NCBI RefSeq assembly: GCF_030028105.1 | Contig: NC_092370.1 | Coordinates: forward strand, 113,722,793-113,786,792 | DNA: 64,000 nt | Direction: 5' to 3' | From: Mobula birostris | Taxonomy: Eukaryota | Shown: piece by piece, positions 35,231 to 47,805 of the stretch | How positions within the stretch are numbered: position 1 is the first letter of the stretch | Layout: every line of letters begins with the position of its first letter | Made by a program: the position numbers and the translations under genes | Notes under the pieces: generated by a model | Databases searched by the model: none | Seen by the model: only the letters and a program-made list of their open reading frames with translations | What the model was told of the DNA's origin: nothing

Positions 35231-38200
35231 CACAATTATTTCCTTTGCATAAATTGAGATTTTGTTAGAATTGCACAGCAGTTCACTAGACAATTTTTTT
35301 CCCGTTCGAACTTAACTCGCTTAACATGAAGAAATCCGTCACGATAACAGGCCTTTCGAGGCCCAAAGGTCAGGCCATCCAATTCTATCAAGGTGATCAA
35401 TTAACCTGCTAACCCACAAACGGGAGAAATTTTGCAGATGCTGAAGGACTTCTCACGCTGACTTCTCCCCTTCCTTTGGGTGGGATGTTTGATGAAGTGA
35501 ATGCCATCAACACCATGGCTGTGATTATGTTCATCTGAGTCCTGATAAAGGGTTTCGGCCCGAAACGTCGACTATTTACTCTTTTCCATAAATGCTGCTT
35601 GGTCTACTGAGTTCCTCCAGCATTTATTGTACGTTGCTTTGGGCGGCTACTAATCCTTACGTCTTTTGAACGTGGGAGGAAACCGGAGCAGCCGGACGAA
35701 ACCCACGCGGTCACAGGAAGAACGCACAAATTCCTTTCAGGACAATGACAGAATTTAACCTGGGTCGCTGTCTCTATAATAGCGTTACACTAACCGATCC
35801 GGTAGCGTTCCGTCCCAAAACTTTCCCCAAATTAGTCATCTCCTGCCAGTTGCCTTTTCAGTTACACGTCAACATGTTTAAAATATTTATCATCCCTTTA
35901 TCGCTGTTTTGTGACATTCCCGAAATTTCCCGCCGAACACCACAGTTGGAGGAAGTGGTTTCAGAGCGGCGGGCGGGGGAGGTGAGTTGGGGTGTTGCTC
36001 GGCGACTTCAGACGTCAGGAGTACATGGAGATAATTCTCATGACACCCCCGGTTTCTCCATCTTGGCCTTCACTTTGCCTAATCATTTGTCTCCGGAGTC
36101 TGTGACAGAGCAAGGAGAGCGATATCCTCCACACACACGCTCTTAAAGTGCCGACCCTGGACCTGTCTCGCATCCGCCCCCGTCGCCGCGACCGTATTCC
36201 GTGTACGTTCCGTTGGGTGGGATGTTTGATGAACCGAATGCCATCTGCACCATGTCTGTGATTCTGTTCATCTTTCCCTATTAACGTGGTTTTAATTATT
36301 CCAGCTGGGCAGAACCTGTCATTAAATATTACTTTAGATTGGCTTCCGCTGTGAAATTTGAAAGGACAATATCTAATGTGTTTATTTAGCGATACAGCAC
36401 GAAGTAGGCCCAATCACCCTCGACAAACGGTATTAAACCTAACCCAATCACGGAACAATTTACAACCTGGAGCTGTAATAGCGTCGCGCTAATCGCTGCG
36501 CTTCCGCGGTGCCTGGGCAGTGTACGTCCTTTATCAAATGCCCAGGACCCTCTTTCCTGTCGCTGTAAACGTCCAAGTGCCATAACTCACCAAGTCCTAG
36601 TTGTAAACCTCCCGCAAACCTTCTCCTTAAATCAACTCATTCGTTAACAATTTCTCCTTCCGATAACTCCTTTAGGACAGGTTAGGTTAATCAATTCAGA
36701 AACTTCCTGTGTACATGCTCCGACTGTAATCGCTCTCCCAGCCGTAAGACGATAAGACACAGAAGCAGGATTAGGCCATTCGATCCATCGAGTCAGCTCA
36801 GCCATTTAATCATATCTGTTTCCTTTTCCCCTTTCAGCCCAATTTTTCGTCTTCCCCGAATACCCTTTGACAATGTGACTAATCAAATACCTATCAGCCC
36901 CGGCTTCAATAAACCCAATAACTTGGCCTCCATGGCCGTTTGTGGCAATGAATTTCACAGATTCTCAGAGATTCCTCCTCGTCTCTGTTCTGAAATGATG
37001 TTCTATTATGTGTCTGTGCCCTTTGGTCCTGGACTCTCCCACTACTGGAAAATCCTCTCATCGTCCAGGCCTTTACATATTCAGTAGGTTTCAAAGAGAT
37101 ATCCTGTAGTCTTCTAGGCTCCAGCGAGAACAGGCCTGGTACCATCAAACGTTCCTTATGTGATAACCCTTTCATTCCTGGAACCATTCTCTTAAACCTC
37201 CTCTGGACCCTCTCTAATGCCAGGTCATTCTTTCTCGGATATGGAGCCAAAATTAATCACAATACTCCATATATAATCTACCAATGTCTTATAAAGACTC
37301 AACATTACAACTTTTTATTTATTAGATTTCTGAATGGACAATGAATCCACATGTACTACCTCACTGTTTTTTTCATGCTTTGCTCTCTTTTTCTCTACTT
37401 ATTTAACATATATCTTATTGCAATTTATAGTTTTTATTATATATTGCACTGTACTGCAGCTGCTAAATAACAAGTTCCACAACCTATGACAGTTATATTA
37501 AACCTGATTCCCATTCTATTCTGAATATATTCTAGACTGCTCGAAATGATTGTGGTCATTGCATTTGTCTTCTCCACTACTGACTCAAACAGCAAGTTAG
37601 CCGTTCGGAAATCCTGCACCAGAACTCTCAAGTCTTCTTGCACATTTGGTTTCTGCTTTCTCCCTCTCTTTAGAGCATATTCTGTGCCTTCATTCCTTCT
37701 ACGAAAGTGCACGGCCAAACTCTTCCCTACACTGTGTTCCATTTGCTACTTTTTTGTCCATTCTCCTAATTTGTCCGAGTCCTTTTGCAGACTTCTTGCC
37801 CTCTATTTTGCTTTTATGCTATCTTTGACCACCGTTAACTCTGTTTCTCTTTACACAGATTCCATCTGTCCATATGAATATTTTAAGCGTTTTCTGTTTG
37901 TATTTCATAAAATCATAGAGCAACATAGCCTGGATATAGGTCTTTCGGCCCAAATGGTCCATGCTGACCACAGCATCCTCCCTGCTAGTTCCAGCTGCTG
38001 CATTTGAGTCAGAGTCCTTCAAACCCTTTCCTTCCATTTACCTATGCAAATACATCTTAAATATTACAAATGCACCATCACAACCACTTCCTCAGGCAGC
38101 TCACTATCCTTTGCATAAAGAAATTATCTTTTAGGTCTCTTTTAAATGTCTTCTCTATTATCTTGTATCAGTGTCCTCTAGTTTTTGTCTCTCCAATTCT

Positions 38201-41200
38201 GGGGAACAGGCTATGACCCCTCTGTACCCCTCATGATTTTATAAACTTCTACGAGTTTAAGTTCTTCTAATTTCTTTCTTTATCATTATACAGAGAGACC
38301 AGTGGGAATAGAAGCTAGAGCAGTGATATGCTTCTCTTGCATGACGTGGAAGTTAGGGAGATGTCTATACCTGTGATAAGTGCATCCACATTTACAAACT
38401 GTATTAGGGAATTGGAGCTGGTGCTAGATGACCTTCAGATCATTCAGAAAATTGAGGGGTTCATAGGAGTTACAGAAAGATAGTGTTGCTGGAAACAGGT
38501 AGTTGGATGATCATGAAGAGAGGGAAGGTGTATTGGCAGACAGTGTAGAATACCCCTGTGGCCCTTCCCCTCAACAAGTGTATCAATTTATATAGTTTTA
38601 GTTAGATGACCTACCACAGTGGTCACTGGTCTCGGCACTCAGTATGTCTCTTTGGTTCAGAAAGGAAGGTGGGTGGGGGAGGAAGAAGAGGCCAATAGTA
38701 GTGATGGAGGTCATTGCTTAGCACTGGTCAGTGAAACAGACAGGAGGACCTGAGAAAAGAAAAAGACTCTTCGATGGTATATTGCCTCCCAGGTATAGAG
38801 GATCCAACATATCTTGAATTGATTCCATAGCCATCTTAAGGGGGAGTGTGAGAAGCCATAAGTCATGGTATATATTGATACAAATGATATAAGCAGGAAA
38901 AGTAATGAGGACTTGCAACATGAGTTCAGGGAATAAGGTACGAAGTTGAAAAACAGGACCTCCAAGATGGAGATGAAGCTATCCATGTTAGTGAGGTAAA
39001 AAATAATAAAGATAGTGCAGTTTAATATGTGACTAAGCAGATGGTGCATTGGAGAGGGTTTCAGATTTTTTGGATCACTGAACCCCATTCCAGGGCAGGT
39101 GGGATCTCTGTAAATAGGACAGTTTTCACCCAAACTGGAGAGGAACCAATATCCTTACAGGACGGTTTGCTAATCCTGCTCGGAAGTGTTCAAACTAATA
39201 TTTAAGAGGGATGGTATCCAGAGTGGCAGGACAGCAATGAATTGGTTGTGGAGAAAAAGAGATGTCATGACTACAATCAAAGATTTTGTGGATGTTGATT
39301 TGGATTTCCAGCACCTGCGGCATTTCTCGTTTTTAAGCAGAGATGGAAACTGCAAAATTGAGCAGGGTGGATAAATGTTCTGACTTTCATCTATTGCAAG
39401 ACAAGGACGGTTGTAGGTAAGGCTAATGCGTTCATTCATCGTCAATGTCATTGAGGACCTCGACACCATTATTATGGTGTCGAGACTAGGACGTGGTTTG
39501 GATTTAAGTGAGGGAGAATTGTGCAGCGTCAGCCTCACTCCCTCTTCCCAATTCCCATCTGGATCCAGTGGCAAGACAGAGTCAAGACGACTGGAGATGG
39601 GACTAGGCACAGTGGATGACCAGGACATCTTCTGTGTCTTGTCCTGCTCTACACGTTCCACGATGCTTGCAGAGACTGCCTTCCTCACCATTGGACTATT
39701 GGTCTCGTCCACTCAATCAGCCGGAGTCTGTCTTCACATGCTGGGATAGGCAACTCTTTTATCTCACTGAGGGTTTGAGACCCGTCGGATACCCTCACCT
39801 GGTTTAGCTGGCTTGTCGAAGCCGTTGCCCGGGGTGTGGCCATTGTCGCGTGCAGACATCTACGGGGAGCCACAGGTGAGAGTTGAGTGCTAGGTGGGGA
39901 TCAAAGGTGGACTAACCGCCTTGAAAAGGACGCGATATGTTCCCCCACCAGAGATGCTACCCCTCCCTGACACCCCATACACCCCAAGGCTAATGCACAT
40001 AGAGCATGGAGCCATGTGTGGACTTACGATGTTGAAACCATTATTGAGACATGGTTACATGACGGCAAAGTCTGACAGCCCAATGTTCTGGCATTCTGCT
40101 GATTTAGACATGTCAGAGAAGCAGGTATTAAAGGGGGAGGGAGTACTCATATTACTCATCAGAGATAATGTCATCGCAATGCTTAGATGATGTATGGAAG
40201 GCTCATCTACCAAGGCAATTTTCATGAAATTGTGGAATAAAAAATGGACAATCATGTTAATGGGACTTTATAGAGTTTCTAATAGTCAAGCAGGATTTGG
40301 ATGAACAAAGTCATAGGGAGATAGCAGACAGTTGCAAGAAATACAAGGTTGTTACAGTAACACATACAAGATGCAAGAGTAACTCAGCAGGGAAGGCAGC
40401 AACTACAAAAGAATAAACAGTCAATGTTTTTGGCTGAGACCCTTCCTCAGGATTCATGAAGGGTCTTGATCAAGGGTCTTGGCCTGAAGAATTGATGCTT
40501 TATTCCTTTTCTTAGGAAAACCTGACCTCATGAGTTCCTCCAAGTTTTTTTTATGTGTTACTCTGGATTTCCAGCATCTGCAATCTCTAGTTTTCAGGTT
40601 GAGATAGTGGGTGATTGGAGCTTTCTGCATATTGATTGGGACTCCCATAGTGTAAAGGAACTGGATGAGATAGAGTTTGTCAAATGTGTTCAGGAAAGTT
40701 TCATTATCAATAAGATTATGAAGACACCTAGTCCCATTTTATTGTCATTTAGTAATGTATGCATTAAGAAATGATACATTATTTCCTCTGGTGTGATATC
40801 ACAAAACACAGGACAACCCAAGACTGAAAAAACTGACAAAACCACATAATTATACATATAGTTACAAACAGTGTAACAATACCATAACTTGATGAAGAAG
40901 TCCGTGAGCCCAGTAAAGCTCCAAGTTTTTCAAATGTCCCACATCTCACGCAGACGGGAGAAGGAAGAAAAACTCTCCCTGCTATGCCGACCACAATCCG
41001 ACCATGAGTCATCCGAAAACTTCGAGCTCTAATCAGCTCTCCGACACCGAGTACTGAGCGCCATCTCTGTCCGAACGATTCGACCTCCTTCTCGGTCGCG
41101 AAAAGCAGGCAAGGCCGGGGATTTTGAGGCCTACCCCCGGAAAGATTCCCGACCACACAGTTACGACAGCAGCGGACGGGCGTTTCAGAAATGTCTCCAG

Positions 41201-44200
41201 ATGTTCCTCCCTGCTTTCACGTGCATTCTCTATCAAATCAGAATTGTCCACGGCCCCTATTTAACAGACACAACATCATTTTTCACCGGAGAGCCGCGCA
41301 TGCGCGGCGCGCTGCCATCTTTTCCTCCCGCTTTATAAGCAGAATTTCCACTAAAGGGAGCACGATATTGGATCTCTTCTCCGGAAATGAGACAGGGCAG
41401 GTGACAGAGGTGAACATAGGGAAAGACTTTGGATATAGTGATCAAAATTCCATCGACTTCAAAATAATTGGGGAGATTGGCTAGAATTGGTTTTCAGATT
41501 AAGATTCTAAACTGGAGGAAGAGTAATTTTGATGGCATCAAAAGCAATCTGCCAGGTGTGGATAGGGATAGGATGTTTTCTAACAAAGAGACACTGGCAG
41601 TGGGTGGTCTTCAGCAGAATTGTGTATTGAGAGTACACAATATGTATATTTCTATTAGGATAAAAAGCAAGGTTGTCAGGTTTAGGGATCCTTATTTATC
41701 ATGGGATATTGAGGACCTGGTAAACAAAACCGAAGCACATATCAGGTATTCGAAGCTAGTGTTAATGGGGCAATTGAGGAATATAAGACATACAAGAGAA
41801 CACAAGCGAAAGATCAGGAAGGCTGAAAAGGGATAAGTGGTTGCTCTAGCAGGCAATGTAAACCAGAATCCAAGGGTTCTATAGGTACTGGGAGCAAGAG
41901 GATAGCAAGGGACAAAATTGGTCCCCTCGAAGATCAAATTGGTCATATATGTATGGAGCTAAAAGAGATGTGGAAAAATATTAAATGTTTTATTTTTGTG
42001 TTAGCATTTGCTCAGGAGACAGACACAGATACCATAGAATCTGGCAAAACACTAGAGGTCATGGACCATGTTCTGATTACAGAAGAGGAAGTGCTTGCTG
42101 TCTTGAGAAGAATTTAGGGTGAATTAATCCCAAAGGCCTGATGAGGTGTCCTCTCCAAACTTGTGGGAGGCTAGTGCAGAAATTGCAGGGGCCCTGGCAG
42201 TAATATTTAAAACATCCATACCCATGAGTGAGGTACTGGAGGACTGGAGGGTCACTAACATTTAAGAATCGTTCTAAGAATAAACAGGAAATTAGAGCCT
42301 GGTGAACCTGACATTAGTCGTGCGCAAATTATCAGAAGTTTTTCTCATGGATAGGATGTGCATGTACCTGTGTTTGTATAGACAGCGCCTGAAAAGAGAT
42401 AAACAATATGGCTTAATGCATGGTAAGTCATGTCTAACTAATTTATAGAGATTTTTTCAGGGAGGTTACCGAGAAGTTTGTTGAAGTAGCAGAGCTACTA
42501 GGACTTGATGTTTCAATCCGTATGGTAAGTTGGTACTCTCAATGTTGGCGGTGGGTTTGGAGTGGTGATGGCGGGGGGTAGGTACGTCATCTTTGATGTT
42601 TTGTTGATAAGCTCACAACGTCTCCAGAGGGCTCAACGGTGCTACTGGCATCCCAGATACACCCCCCTCTGTTCCATATCCTCCTGTCTTCATCTTGCAG
42701 CCCAGTTGTTGTCTTTCCTTTTAATTCAAATCCAATTGCTTCTTTCTTCTGCTGCATTTGACAAGGGAACACAATGGTCTTTAGAAGAGCCTTTGATAAA
42801 TTACGCCATGGCAGCCTCGTCAAGAAGATTAAGTCACCTGGCATTCAGGATGAAGTAGTCAGTTAGATTCAATGTTGGCTTAGCGGAAGAAGCCAGAGAA
42901 TGGTGGTTAGTGTTTGACTCTCTGCCTGGAGCCTGTGACTAGTGCTGTGCTGCAGGATTCGGTGCTTGATCCATTGTTGTTGGTCACTTATAGTAATGAT
43001 TTAAATGACAAGATATTAAACTGGATCAGCAAATTTGCGGATGATACCAAGATTGAGAGTACAGTATAGTGAACCGTGCTGTATAGATTCACATCCAAAT
43101 CATTTACATAATAATTAATAACAGAGGTCCCAACAGTGACCCCTGGGTAAACTGAATTTTAAGAAGAACTGTACATAAGAAAAGGAAAATAATAAATGCG
43201 AAGCCAATAGGGCTGCAAACTAACATTCAAACTAAAAATCTAACGTTGACACTGAGCTTCAGAAGGAGTAACTTAATAGTAAGTTAGTACCACTCCTTTA
43301 AGGCGTCAATCTAAATTGGAGTCTTCTATCTTGGAAAGTGGGCTAAGGTAAGCAGGGGAGTGTCACCGTCGCTTTGCTTCAGTCAAGACTCGACAAGACT
43401 GAAGGGAGTTAAATAAAACTACAATGCAACCCTAATTGTCTGCAATGTGCATTCTCACGAGCTGATTGCTGATGACCGCTTTCAGCTGCCCACTCCACAG
43501 TAGAGTCCATGGTTTTTACAGATCACCACCTTCACCACCCCCGCAATCCCACCCCACCACTAGGCACAGATCCTGGGGCACTAGAGTCCTGTGCCCGCTG
43601 GATGTCCTGGATGAGTGACTTGTCCAGGATATCACGAATTGGATCCCAAGAAAGATTCTCTGGGCCCTATCTCTCCCAGTCCACTAGACACAGGACCCTG
43701 CCCCACACTGGGCGAGGTGCCAGGAGGTGCTGCTGGGAATAGAACAGTGACCCATCCACCAGGATGAGAGGAGGGAGAGGGTCTAACTGGAGCAAGGTGG
43801 GGAGAAGTCACCAGTGTGAGCTGCAAGCATGGAATACGAGGTAAATCTTAACAGATAATTGCAGTCACAGCCTCTAGGAAGATCGCTTGATAGCCTTCCC
43901 CACTGTGAATAATCCCACGTAGCCTGGGGCAACCTTGAGGCTACCAGCTTTCAAAGGAAGATCCCTAGATACCAGCCAGGCTTTCTCCCTGGATTGAGAA
44001 GCCTCACCTCTCTGAGGAGCTGATTATCCTGCTGGGCATATAGTTTCTGAGTGTGCAGCAGGGAAGCCCTGGCCCATCTCCATGTGTGCTTGCAGCTTTG
44101 TACCAACTGTTCAACAGCAGGAACTCCCGTGTCAATCACGGTCTGGGAAGATCAGTGGCTGGAATCCATTTTGCCATTGAATGGAGGGCATGCTAGTTCA

Positions 44201-44639
44201 GCTTATTATGGGCAATCTCTGAGTTGGGAGCTCCACGTCATGGAGTCAAGATTGTCTCCAGCTCCTCATTCACTCTCTCAGTATGGCCATTAGATTGCAG
44301 GTAGAAAAGTGATGAGAGGGTGGTTGTGGCTCCCAAAGGAGAACAGAAAGCATTCCAACAATGGGACAGGAAATGTGCTCCTCAGTCAGGCCTGCTGTCC
44401 CGGGGGAAGCTGTGCAGCGTGAACACAAGCTGAACCAAGAAAGTGGCAGTTTCCTGAGCCGATGGGAGCTTGGGGAGAGCAATGAAGTGGGCTGCTTTAG
44501 AGAACTGGTCCACAACCACCCGGATGATAGTGTTTCCATCTGACGGACACAGATCAGTGATGAAATCCACTGAGAGGTTGCACCTGGGGCAGAGAGCCAC
44601 GGGCAATGGATAGAGCAAACCAGCAGTGAGCTGCTGTGA

Positions 44640-46013
44640 TGTCATGGTCCGGTCCGTGAAGTCCGCATTCTGAGTCACGGTCCGGTCTGTGGACTCAGGA
44701 CTCCGGGTCTTCCAGCCGTCCCTTGTTTTGGTTGGGTTAATCATAGGCACCTGATTCCCAACTTGGGGCTTGGAATATAAGTAGCCTTGCAGACGACTGT
44801 GGGCTGCTGGTTTGTCTTGTCGTGATCCCCTGGAAGCAACCTGCTGGTGGAAGGCTAGAGTGGCCACTTGCCATCTTTAGGCCACGTTGGGGAACTGTCC
44901 CCTCATGGAGCCTTGCTGTCAGTAGTCGGAGCTGTCTTTGTGGTATGGTTTCGACCATTTCCCGGACCAGCTGAGTGGCCGTCAGCCTCTCTGACCTAGG
45001 TAGGGATCTGGCTGTTTCCGCAGCCAGCCGAGGTCGCTGGCCATAACTGCGACTCGGAGCAACCCTGAAGCAGAGATGGAACTGTCTGTCGTTCTTCAAT
45101 GTTTGTCTCTTCTTGTCCTCGCCTCTGTGTGGTTAGTCAGGCCGTTCTGCCGTTGCCCTGCAGGGTATCTGTCTTGTCTTGTCCTTGCCTCCGTGGGGTA
45201 AGTCAGGTCCTTCTGCCATTGCTCTGCAGGGTGATCTGTCTTGTCTTGTCCTTGCCTCTGTTGGGTAAGTCAGGCCGTTCTGACGTTACCCGACAGAGGG
45301 ACCTTTCCCACCTTGGTGTGGAGATGAGCTTGAGTCCCGGTTTGTCTAAATATAAGTCCGGGCTCTATGTCTATGTTCTGTCCAGTCTCATGTTGGTGTC
45401 GTGTTAAATATGAGTCCCGGCTTGTCTATGGATATGTCCCGGCTCTATGTTGATGTACAGTTCCCAGTCTGTCTCCGAGCTCCAGCCTCCGAGTTATCAG
45501 CCTGTGCATTCCAAGACCCCAGCTCCCAGCCTGCAACCTGAAGACCCAAGACCGCAGCCTGCAGCCTCAAGAACCAAGACCCCAGCCTGCAGCCTCAAGA
45601 CTCCAGCCTGCCGTCTCAAGACCCAAGACCCCAGCCTGCAGCCTCAAGACCCAAGACCCAAGACCCCAGCCTGCAGCCTCAAGACCCCAACCTGCATCCT
45701 CAAGACCCCAGCCTGTGTCTAAGCTCAAGGCTCAGGACCCCACCCTCCTGTCCTGTAGTCATGTCATGTCCTTGCCTAGTTCTGGGGCCCGAACCCAAGG
45801 CAAGACCCAGGTTCTGGGTCCTTGTCCAGTCTCTGGCTCGGACCCCATGACAGGCTCCTAGTTCATAGTTCCTAGTCCGGTTTCCCTGTTTTCTGTCCAT
45901 ATCCTAGCTCAGGTCTTGCATCCCAGTCCTGTCCCTAGTACTTCAGTGTCTGTGTCTTGCATTTGGGTCCGTTCCGAATGCACCCCCCCTCCCCCGCCCA
46001 CCTCGTTATGACA
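44640..46013. mobile_element. Solo LTR inserted in the Gypsy integrase; truncated copy at 52719-53830
   Basis: TGTCAT...ATGACA with a perfect 5-bp TSD TGTGA (44635-44639 / 46014-46018). Same family as 27574-28362, opposite orientation. Confidence 0.9.
45510..45720 (+). repeat. Minisatellite (about 21-bp unit caagaccccagcctgcagcct) inside the LTR
   Basis: Visible tandem units; a shorter array lies at about 53480-53645. Confidence 0.85.
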
Positions 46014-47342
46014 TGTGACGTCTTGTTCTGGGCACAAATTGGACAGGCAGAGATAAAGTCGTGGACATCTTGGGACATATATCTTCTCTGTAAATCATCT
46101 CTTTATGAATTCCAGGGTCTGTTGAATCCCTGGATGGCCAACCAGATGGGAAGAGTGACCCCAGGCCAAGATTTAGGAACACAGAGGCAAGGACAAAAAG
46201 CTGGTTAGGAACTTCTCCACCTGGGGCTGGACCTGACTGTTCGGCAGTCCTCACCTGTTTCTATTCCCCAAATCACTGGAACAGCTTTGCTTGTGCGAGG
46301 AAAGATGTGATCTAGATTGGCGTTGACATCAGAGACATCAAACTGACAGGAGAGAGCATCGGCCTCAGTATCATCTGCCTATCCTTCCTCACAGTCTCGC
46401 TACACACTGCATCGACTGCCCCATCCTCAGCCCCATCACTCCTTTCCCAATCCCCTGCTAACTTAGTTTAAACTTTCTCCAACAGCTCTAGCAAACCTAC
46501 TCGCAAAGATATTGATCCCCCTTGGGTTCAGGTTTAACCGATCTTTTTTTGTACAAAGCATAACTTCCCTAGGTGAGATCCCAATGATCCAACAATCTGA
46601 AACTCTGCCGCTACACCAGATCCTCAACCACTCACTCATCTACTTCTGCCTTAACTAGCACGCGGAACTGGGAGTAATCCAGATTTTACACATGCTCTTC
46701 GGCCTGTTCCCGCACTCCCTATACTTACTGTGCAAAATCTCGTCCCTGTTTTTACCCATGTGATTGGTGTCAATGTACCCCTCGGCCTTTGTCTGGTTAC
46801 CCAACCGCTTCCGCAGCTGCTCTGAGACCTGCTTAATCCTTGCACCTGGGAGGCAGCACACCATTCTGCGTCTTTGTCACGGCCACCAAATCTCCTGTCC
46901 AATCCCTAAGTACTGAGTCTCCTGTCACTATCTCTCTAACTGATTTTTCCCTTTTCTCTGAACATTTCTATCCATTTAGATACCCAAATGACTTTAAAAT
47001 CTGTCGATGGTTCCTGCTTCTAACTCTTCCTCTCGCAGCTTGTTGACTGTACCCACCACCCTTTCCCTGAAGAACCTACCACACAGGTCTCCTATAGATA
47101 TTTCCCCGCTCTCTTTAAAGCTATACCCTCTAGTTTGGGCTCTCGTACCCTTTGGAAATATTCTCCCAACTCCCTATTCTCGAGCGACTGGTGTAAATGA
47201 ATAGACTGTCGATGAGCCTGATCGGGTAACTTTCGTGGAACTGGATAGAGTTCTTTATGTGAAGAAAGGTGATGGCATTTATGGCATCAGCTGCGAAATC
47301 TCTGAGTCGGAAATGATTCGTGTGACCTCCATGCTGAGAAAG

Positions 47343-47381
47343 AGTTTTTGTCAGCGGCGCCGGTTGCATGTCAACTCTGTG
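47343..47381 (-). other. 23-bp-spacer RSS of V2
   Basis: CACAGAG - 23 - ACAAAAACT. Confidence 0.94.
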
Positions 47382-47681
47382 GGTCTATATAGGCACAGTA
47401 ATAGGTGCCGGAATCCTCTTTCTCGAGACGGGCCACAGTTAGAGAATACTGCTTTTGTCGATCATTTCTCGCTGTAAATCTGTCATCAATTCCATCGTCG
47501 CGTACGTTGCCCCCATTATTATAATAGAGGATCCTGACCGGCCGTTGCCCATCTGGCTGCCGGTACCAAAAGATATTCTCCGTGTTCACTGTGCCCAGAT
47601 CGCATCTCATGACGGCAGTTTTGCCCACATTTTTGGTGATGGACATCGGAGACTGTATCAATTCAGCACCGAGACATCTGC
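47382..47681 (-). CDS. TRGV: TRG V gene 2, V exon
   Basis: Open paralog of V1 (about 16 nt differences in the mature V by hand count); ends YYCAYID. Confidence 0.96.
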
Positions 47682-47765
47682 CTGTGGAAACAGAAATCAA
47701 AGTCAGAACATGTTTAAAAGTCTGAAACGAACAGAGAGTAAATGGATGAAAATCAATCAACTAAC

Positions 47766-47805
47766 CGAGGAAAAGTATCACAAAAGCCACGCAACCCAGC
47801 CGCAT
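47766..47805 (-). CDS. TRGV: TRG V2 leader exon
   Basis: MRLGCVAFVILFL, |gttag donor. Confidence 0.92.

Larger units (their letters stand above)
43070..46250 (-). mobile_element. Decayed Ty3/Gypsy chromovirus fragment (integrase, chromodomain, probable PPT and 3' LTR); copies at 51160-52718 and 61275-62130
   Basis: LSVDFITDL..NTIIRVVVDQFSKAAHFIALPKLPSAQET (integrase); LVDWER*GPENLSW.. (chromodomain). Confidence 0.88.

Noticed and set aside
35745-36413. ORFs 35745..36146, 36015..36413 and paralog 56965..57303 as a further V or a novel gene
   Set aside because: No Ig motifs, leader or RSS, and the frames are not preserved between the two paralogous copies.
39170-41335. Long ORFs 39170..39712 and 40779..41156
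   Set aside because: They fall in what appear to be unclassified interspersed repeats inserted in CR1 and show no recognisable protein motif.
45447-45722. Repetitive ORF (KTPACSL)n
   Set aside because: Translation of an LTR minisatellite.
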